A stretch of DNA of 64,000 nucleotides from assembly GCA_964016885.1 (NCBI GenBank), contig OZ024747.1, positions 54,374,001 through 54,438,000 on the forward strand. Reading direction: 5' to 3'. Below, one piece after another: positions 57,232-64,000 of the stretch; position 1 is the stretch's first letter, and the number at the start of each line of letters is the position of its first letter. The notes beneath the pieces were generated by a model. That model was not told the DNA's origin and ran no database searches. It saw nothing but the letters and a program-made list of their open reading frames with translations. This DNA comes from Eledone cirrhosa (taxonomy: Eukaryota). The translations under genes and the position numbers were made by a program.

Positions 57232-59150
57232 ATGACCTCACTCAGAATAGGCAGCATAAATGCGCGTGGCTTGGGGTCGTCATGGAAGCAGGGCCACCTG
57301 CTCAACGACCTCAGGTCACTAAACACAGATGTAGTGGCCATCAGCGAGACCAGAATCTCCGAAGCACGGGATTTCGCAACGATCTTCGGCGGCTACGATG
57401 TGTACGCATCGTCCAGCCGTCCGGGATCGGGGGGAGGAGTTGCTGTGCTTTTTCGGATAGGTTTGGATCTCGCCATACGGGCCATCTTCCTGGACCCAGA
57501 ATGTAAGTTGGTGGTGCTGGACGTGACCAGCGGAGACGGGTAAGCTTTCAGGCTAGTGGCCGTCTATGCTGCGATAGGAGCAGGGCGGCCTGATTTCTTC
57601 CGGCGTCTGGAGACCTTTCTTGGAACATCCCGCTCTTTAGTGTTAGTAGGCGACTGGAACGGTATCTTAGATGCACGCTGGGACTGTGTGGGATTAGCAG
57701 ATAGGGGAGGAGGTGCAAGGGTCTCACCAACCTGCTCAGGCGTTTTGAACTGTCTGATAGGTACCGATTGGATTTCCCGAATGTGCCAATGTGGACTTGG
57801 ACAAATCGCATAGGGTCATCCAGATCATATCTAGAGAGAGTATTTTGTAGGGAAATAGATAGGACTAGCATAGGCTGTCCACAATTCAAGATAGTCAGCT
57901 ACACGGACCACAAATTCGTGATCTTTGCGCTTGACTTAGATAGATTTCATAGACGAGGACCCGGCTACTGGAACCTAAACGCGTCCTTACCTGCGCGCAA
58001 GGCCTACAGAGACCGGATTAGCGAACTAGTTAAGTGGGCGTTGGCGGGGGCCATCGTCAACAACAAGTGGTGGTTTGCTCTGAAAAGAGCAATTAGAATA
58101 GAGTCCATTAGGTTTAGTAAGGCTTTAGCAATAGAAAAAAATAGAGCAGAGGGAGAACTAGTTAGAAAATTAGACGAGGCGCTTAGCAAAGGCATCGCGA
58201 CCTACGTGCTTGCGGCGAAATTGGCTCTTGACCAATTCTTCAATGCAAAGCACGAAGGCTGCGTTGTCAGAGCTAGGGTGCGTGCTCTCAGACACGAGGG
58301 GACGAAAGCCGTTCAATGGGCCCGAGTGGCGGAGGCGCGTCGTGGTAATAAAGCCACGATCCGGTCTTTGGTGCACCACGACGGGCGCATGCTACTCGAT
58401 CCCGGGCAAATGTGTGAAGCTTTTCAGCGACACTTCGCTCAGCTGTTCGGGGGCAGCGGTCGGCCGGGTCGAGGGATTGACTTTAGTGTCTACCTCGATG
58501 GACTGCCGCGGCTCTCGGCCACTGGGGCGGAGTGTTGCGAAAAGCCGATAACAGCCGCTGAAGTACGGGAGGCAATGACTGGCTGCACAAGGGGTAAATC
58601 GCCTGGTTTGGATGGTCTGCCCTATGAACTTTACGTACAGATGCCAGACTTGTTCGGAGGCCTCTTGGCGGACGTCTACTGCAACTGGCAACAGAACGCG
58701 AGAATTCCCAGCTCTGTGAGCCAAGGAGCGGTGGCACTGCTGAGAAAGGATCCGAACAAGGGGGATAACATAGATAATTTCAGGCCCATAACTCTGCTAA
58801 ACACAGAGTTCAAGATTTTGGCCAAGGTGCTAGCAAAGAGGTTGGCGCTTGTCGTTGGTGGTCTGGTGGAAGAGGCGCAGACATGCGCCATTCCAGACAG
58901 ATCCATCCACGACAACCTCCACCTCATGCGATACATCGTAGAGAGTGTAGCTAGGGAACCTGGCACGGGTGGGTCTTTGATCAATTTAGATCAGTCGAAA
59001 GCTTTCGATAGGGTCGACCATCGTTACCTAGCGGCAGTCCTGAGGGCGGCTGGCTTTGGGCCCGTCTTCAGCGGCTGGATCGCTGCCATGCACGGCGACA
59101 TCTGCTCTGTGGTGAGAGTGAACGGTCACCTTTCGGAACCGTTCAACATT
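57232..59150 (+). pseudogene. LINE ORF2 (AP endonuclease + partial RT)
   Basis: LRIGSINARGL, VAISETR, VGDWN, SYLERVF, YTDHKFV, GYWNLN, KSPGLDGLPYELY, NFRPITLLNTEFKILAK and LDQSKAFDRVDH; stop at 57541, frameshift near 57710; ends before QG and YADD. Confidence 0.92.
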
Positions 59151-59439
59151 ATTATGATCAGTGTTACCACTACCACAACGAGAGGCCACTTTGCGAACAA
59201 CATAACAGTAGTACCAGCAACAAAAACAATACAGTGGGGGAGGGGGGAGCAACAGCCGCAAGAGTGACAGTAACACCAACAACAATAACACCAGATATGA
59301 GAGAAATAACGACGGCAACAAGACGAACCATAACATCAGCCCGAGCAACTGCAACAGCAAGAAGAACGTGAATAACAACAACAACAACAACAACAACAGG
59401 ACATTTACAGCCACCCCAGCAAAATGAAGACAATCTATT

Positions 59440-59619
59440 TGTAGAGGGGGGAGTTTATTAAATCGACCACAGTGCTTACTGGTACTTTATATTATGAACC
59501 CCCGTAAGGAGGAAAGGCAAAGATAACCTCGGCGGGACTTGAAATCAGACCATAAAGGGACGTAATTACATGCTACAAAACATGTTGTTCGACGCTCTAC
59601 TGATATTGCCATTCTACCA
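59440..59619 (-). mobile_element. tRNA-derived SINE, diverged
   Basis: Same body and head as other copies. Confidence 0.82.
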
Positions 59620-62165
59620 ACATAATACCACCATTTTATTTAAAATTAGTCCAATTTTAACAACTTGTTGATTTTGACTGGTTAGTCATGTCCGTTCATG
59701 TTTCCGTCTCAGTGAGGTTTAAAACAATTATGTAGTTTAGCGCGTTTATAAATCTTTATTTATTTTTTATTGTTAATAAATGAAAGCTTTAATTACGTTA
59801 GATACACTTGTTCATTCGAAGGATGATTTATATTGTATGCTCCAGTCTGTTAGTTGTTTCTAATTAACATTTATGTTAGCCGATGAATCGAATGAATTTG
59901 AAGGTGAAATATTTCGGCTATTCACGTTCTTCGTCATTGATACTATTTTGTATTGTGGTCTTATATTTAATTTCATTATAATGTCATTCTTATCGTAGAG
60001 ACAAATCATATTAATTATTGGATATTTTCAGTACTTTTCTAATGACATCATCGATGTACGATATCTATAAATATTCTTCAAATATATATTACTTGTAATC
60101 ACAAATCACATTGTTGATTATCAGTTTTCACCAAAACCTATAGATATACACCATATGATTGAACTGGTGGTCGCCGGAGATACTAGAAATAGCAGCCAAA
60201 TCTTGATTATATCACACACTATCGTCTTGAACCTATCCATGAATGAATCATGTCTCAGAAGATCATTTTGTGGTCATATCAACAACCGAGTTAATCTCCT
60301 GACATAGTGAAACTGCTCAATTCTGACATTGTTTCTATCAGCGTGAATTCTTATCTAAGGTTTCTGATATCCAGTACAGAATATATAATGTTAGATAGAT
60401 CTACGAGATCCTACACTTATAATGCTTTTATATTCGGTTGCAATGTTACTATCCCAGTTTGGCATGGTTTACAAATTGTATGAGAGATAAGTGTATTTCT
60501 CTAACTACAAGATCTATTTACTGCAGATGTTGAAATATTCGTTCCTTTACTTATAACCATGGGTATAAACGTCAAGGAAGCTTCAGGTGGAATAGCAATT
60601 TCTTCATGGGTTCGACTTTAAAAGATAAACAAAAGTATATGATTATATTAAGTCAGTTTTACAGCCATTGCTTTTATTCTATTGACGATGAAACATATTG
60701 TTAGACAGCGAATTGGTAGAATCTTTAGTTCATTAGGACGAAAAGTCTTGCTGCCGCCAGTCTTGGAAGCCTAGAGAAGTGTTATAGCCTTTATCTTGTA
60801 ATGTGAACTGAATGCTAAATAGAATCATATATATATATATTTGAAACACGAAAAAAAAAAAAAAATCAATTCTAATCATTTTGATGTTTTAATGTGTTTA
60901 GACCGCAGAAATCATAGAATATTATCTCGATGTTTCGGTGCTTATACCACAGCAAACTATGTAAAGAAAAATAAAATAAAATACTAAAAACGGAAATAAT
61001 AGTATATGTACAATTAATGGTTAATATCATTCATATATCTACTCCGATCATTGTTAGAAAAAAGATGGCTGAAAGTGGTAATATGTCGATAGTGTTATGA
61101 CGAAAGGCAGCAGGTATCCCACCACATAAAAAGCTGAACTTTTAAGTGTTGAATTGAAGTGATTTGTTTTACAATATTGAATGCAAATATCTATATGAGG
61201 ATACAGATTTAGTTCGTTTCACAGATGAAATTTGTGAAAAGAAAGAGAAACAAGAAAAGAAAAAGAAAATTAGAAACAAAAAATAGATGAAATAAAACGA
61301 GTCTAGAAACTGTTTTATCAGTAAGATAAATTCTTAATTCTTGAACTGACATAATTTTCTCAGAACTGATATAAATCTTAGACACTATTTTTTGTTTTTC
61401 TTTGATGTGTTGTTTTATTGTTTGCTTGTTTAATTGCTTGCATGATTTTTTAGTTCTTATTTGTTAGTTATTTGCGGTATTTTTATTTCGTTCTAATTAC
61501 AAAGAATAATTCTAACAAGGTATCCGATAATCTTGATTTGAAGACCAGAAAATACACGAGACTAATTTATCGTTCAGATTAACATCGACAGACGCGCGAG
61601 TTTATTTTAATTCTCTTTATTGATTTTTCCTCTCGTTGAGAAAAGCAAAACAAACAAGCAATACAATATAGACGTGAATTAAGAAAAAAACAAGTAATTA
61701 ACAAATCAATAAAAATTAACAAAAAATATTTATAAAAATATATTTAAAAAAATACAAAATAAATACATCAGAAGCAATAATGAGAGAAGTATAAACAAAA
61801 ACAAAACAAACAAAGAACCAGAGAGAAATGTCTCATAAAATACATTTAAAAAATGAACAAATTAAGTGAACATCTGTTTAAGAAAGTAAGAAAAAAAATC
61901 TGTTTTATAATATATATTTGTTTAAAATAATAAAATAATAATAATATATATAAACATTTTTAATCTCTTTGACTATCCTCTATATATGTATGTATTTGTA
62001 TTTGTAAATATTTTGTGAGTGCGCTTGTGTGCGCGCTTTGTTCTTTTATTTTTTGCTATCCCACTTCAGAGTAAATAATTGATAGGATTTAAGATATACA
62101 AGCAAATTAGGAAATATAAATACATGATATATATATATATATATATATATATAATGTGTGTGTGT

Positions 62166-62244
<79 letters not shown>

Positions 62245-62574
62245 ATTAAACCTGACTAAAATAGCAACAAAACATGGATAAAACAGTGAAAGGAGAAGAT
62301 AATAAATAAGAAATTACTAAAATAACTCTATTAGTTTTAGATACATGAAATACGAGATTAACAAATATATATAACGATCCTTTAAAATCTTGTAATACGT
62401 ATTTACAAACAGTTCAATAATGAATGAAAAACGATATATAACACTCAACAGTACCAACAGTTACAACATCAACAAGGATTACAAGAAAAACAACAACAAC
62501 AAACAAATAATTATCATAATAATAATAATAGTAATGAGAGTAATGATAATGATATTATTATTATTGTTATTGTT

Positions 62575-62765
62575 GTTCGGACGTCATGCTTTCCAGCAAA
62601 GAGTTACATCTCTTTATCGACTGAGTTCAAATCACGCTGAGGTTAATTTTGCCTTTCATCCTTACGGGGTCGATAATATAAAGTACCAGTAATGTACTGG
62701 AGCCGATTTCATCGACTACCCCCTACCCCCAACTTACTGGCCTTGTGCATATACTAGAAATCATT
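62575..62765 (+). mobile_element. SINE variant with longer 3' part
   Basis: B-box gagttcaaatc, conserved body, extra gccgatttcatcgactaccccc segment. Confidence 0.85.
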
Positions 62766-62926
62766 GTCCCCCCCCCCACACACACACATCTCAAGTGTGT
62801 CGTCTGTAATATCAGGTGTCTGTGTGTTTATTTGTTCTTGTGTCTGTTTAGGTTATTATTAGGGATTGTGGGATGGTGGTGGTGTTGGTGTCTGTTTAGA
62901 TGTTGTGGAAGTGGTTGCGTTGGCAA

Positions 62927-63035
62927 CCCGCCGTGGTTAACTTTGCCTTTCATCCTTACGGGGTCGATAAAATAAAATGTACCAGTAATGTTCTGGGTAA
63001 TTGCTGGCCTTGTGCCAATAATACAAACAATTATT
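62927..63035 (+). mobile_element. SINE 3' half
   Basis: Conserved body and (ATT)n tail. Confidence 0.85.
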
Positions 63036-63055
63036 ATTATTATTCTTTTTCCTAG

Positions 63056-63247
63056 GGCGGTGGATTGGTAGTATTGGTAGAGAGTTGGACACCATGCTTT
63101 GCAGCATAGAGTTACAGCCCTTTTTGATGTGAGTTCAAATCCCGCCGAGGTTAACTTTGCCTTTCATCCTTACGGGGTCGATACAATAAAGTACCAGTAA
63201 TGTACTGGGTAATTGCTGGCCTTGTGCCAATAGTAGAAAGAATTATT
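63056..63247 (+). mobile_element. SINE, full length
   Basis: A/B boxes plus body. Confidence 0.9.
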
Positions 63248-63252
63248 TTAAT

Positions 63253-63482
63253 ACCACTGATGATGTTGCAGATGTGCAACGAAAGAACTTTGTTAGACTA
63301 TATATATATTTACATATGTATTTTTAACCGTTGATCAGTCAATGATAAACATTGATTGCCAAATAAATTAACTATGGAGATATAAAAGATACAGAAGCGA
63401 AAACCAACCAAACAGTGTGTTCTGGTATTATTTCTGGCAATATTATTACAACAATATGACCCTCCCCAACGATAAATAAATA
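63253..63482 (+). mobile_element. Solo pLTR of the PLE family at 153-2825, with hammerhead motif at 63253-63294
   Basis: Aligns by eye to 2582-2825; CTGATGA-t-gttgca(gatg)tgcaac-GAAA; ends in a TA run. Confidence 0.88.
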
Positions 63483-63595
63483 TATATATATATACGGATG
63501 ATGTTCATGTTCATGATGGAGGTCATGATGGGGATAACATTGATTATGGTGGTGATGATGATAAGTCTTTCTATATTTAATAATCCTTCCGTTTA

Positions 63596-63770
63596 ATAAT
63601 TGTCTCTACTTTTGGCACAAGGCCAGCAATTATCCATTACTGGTACTTTATTTTATGAGGATGAAATACAAAGTTAACCTCGGTGGGATTTGAACTCAGT
63701 ATGGAAAGGGCCGTAACTCTATGCGTCAAATCATGGCGTCCGACCCTCTACCGATACAGCCAATCCACCG
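63596..63770 (-). mobile_element. SINE with internal deletions
   Basis: Reverse complement of the family head and body. Confidence 0.85.
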
Positions 63771-64000
63771 TACTCGTTTGATAATAACAATAGGAAATAC
63801 TCTAGTCGCTGTGATATAAAACTAACATAAATTGAAAAACAGTGAAACGGGGCAGAGAAAAAAAAGCAAAAACAACATCAAGATTTCTAACAGAAGCAAC
63901 AGCCAGAAATGATAGATAAGAGTTAGAAAAAAAAAAGGAAAAATATTAAATAGAAAAAACAATAATAAAATGAAAAATAATTTATCACATCAAAATTCGT

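Larger units (their letters stand above)
55066..59150 (+). mobile_element. L1/Tx1-type LINE, 5' part present, 3'-truncated within RT
   Basis: ORF1 with CCHC knuckle and ORF2 with APE and RT; flanked by trinucleotide low-complexity DNA. Confidence 0.92.

Overview
Eukaryotic, very AT-rich, repeat-dominated window with no convincing host protein-coding gene. The density of (TA)n/(CA)n microsatellites and the SINE family suggest a coleoid cephalopod such as Octopus (inference). Most ORFs in the track are microsatellite artefacts. The real content is retroelements. (1) Penelope-like elements (PLEs): a decayed RT+GIY-YIG copy at 153-2825, a nearly intact Naiad-type copy with direct pLTRs at 14443-18305 (one 1-nt frameshift), two GIY-YIG fragments and many short pLTR-end remnants, almost all abutting (TA)n. 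(2) A 3'-truncated L1/Tx1-type LINE with ORF1 and ORF2, plus RTE, CR1/L2 and R4/Dong fragments. (3) About ten tRNA-derived SINE copies, a Tc2/pogo-like TIR element and a Helitron-like element. The most notable signals are about ten hammerhead-ribozyme-like motifs in PLE ends, several with non-canonical cores, and a recurrent head-to-head architecture (long tailed end plus short inverted end) that makes 60-120 bp-arm palindromes inside (TA)n tracts. A second class of fold-back duplication is centred on the microsatellites themselves. All calls are by eye; no searches were run.
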